A stretch of 62,733 nt of DNA, the filler included, from Rhabdomonas costata (taxonomy: Eukaryota): the NCBI GenBank assembly GCA_019059605.1. It is 36 parts of 36 records of this genome, joined end to end, with 100 filler letters (N's around TTAATTAATTAA, not from the genome) between each part and the next. Parts side by side here need not be neighbours in the genome. Positions count along the whole stretch, not along the records: positions 61,091 to 62,733 come from JAHMHO010011413.1; 35 more parts are not named here. One strand, given 5' to 3'. Positions 62,200-62,733 of the stretch are shown one piece after another; the first letter of the stretch is position 1; each line of letters opens with the position of its first letter. The notes below the pieces were generated by a model. It was given only the letters and a program-made list of their open reading frames with translations, made no database searches and was not told the origin of the DNA. A program made the translations under genes and the position numbers.

Positions 62200-62733
62200 C
62201 TGGGAAAACAGCGCGGAGGCAGAAAGAAAATTTTGCGTTCTTTCGCCGTGGACAGAACTGCAGCACCACCCAGAACTACGCAGAAAACGGGCCAGAGCCT
62301 CCACGCACCACAGAGTCACAGAGTGCATTCAAACCTGCTGTGATCCATGTCGTTTGGAGCCAATGTCAAGGATCTTGGGCTCTGGTCCCCCCGCTTCCCT
62401 TGTGATAGCGAGGTCAAAATCACGATAGCGTTTGCTATCAACCTTTGACCACTGATATCGTCTTTTGTTGTCGCCATCATCTTTGGGGATCTCGATGAAG
62501 ATTGTCCTTCACGACAAAGTTGGGATATCAAAATTTGCTGGTCGTGTCCAGTTTAGGAGTGATTACATTTGCGTTCTTTTTGGCGTTGGCCTTAAATAAT
62601 ATTTTCGAGGCGCTGTGATCAAGGTAAACTTTCCAGTTTCCAGAAAATATTATTTAAGGCCAACGCCAAAAAGAACGCAAATGTAATCACTCCTAAACTG
62701 GACACGACCAGCAAATTTTGATACCCCAACCCC

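Noticed and set aside
1-62733. Gene neighbourhood or operon-like clustering, for example POLE, EXO1, DDX1 and XRN2 as a nucleic-acid-processing cluster
   Set aside because: Each gene is on a separate contig, so adjacency is an artefact of ordering by length.

Overview
This window is not one locus. It is 36 unrelated contigs of about 1.64-1.68 kb joined by an artificial 100-nt linker (44 N + TTAATTAATTAA + 44 N). Most contigs start with G/T-only and end with A/C-only tails, consistent with whole-genome-amplification primer remnants. The DNA is eukaryotic and intron-rich, so most ORF-track ORFs are spurious and real genes appear as short GT-AG-bounded exons. Recognisable gene fragments are thimet oligopeptidase, a KCTD/BTB protein, a receiver domain, ankyrin repeats, a Myb domain, XRN2, POLE, a MATE transporter, an HVA22/REEP protein, EXO1, DDX1, an LRR protein, CNNM/DUF21, a REJ domain, WD40 repeats and a Cache-like sensor. 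Gene content and the very degenerate 5' splice sites suggest a euglenozoan (euglenid-like) protist, which is inference only. Mobile DNA includes a decayed Ty3/Gypsy integrase, a Penelope-like fragment next to (CA)n, a MITE-like element and a degenerate CRE/SLACS-type non-LTR remnant. The most notable observations are four. (1) A contig closes on itself as a 1517-bp circle or tandem unit built from the CRE-like remnant. (2) One exon switches in frame from EXO1 to a cyclic-nucleotide-channel-like sequence. (3) DDX1 has a non-consensus GC-AG intron. (4) A twin-hairpin repeat recurs in two contigs. Six contig-end inverted repeats are most likely amplification fold-backs. No rRNA, tRNA or CRISPR array was recognised. 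All family calls come from motif recall, not database searches.
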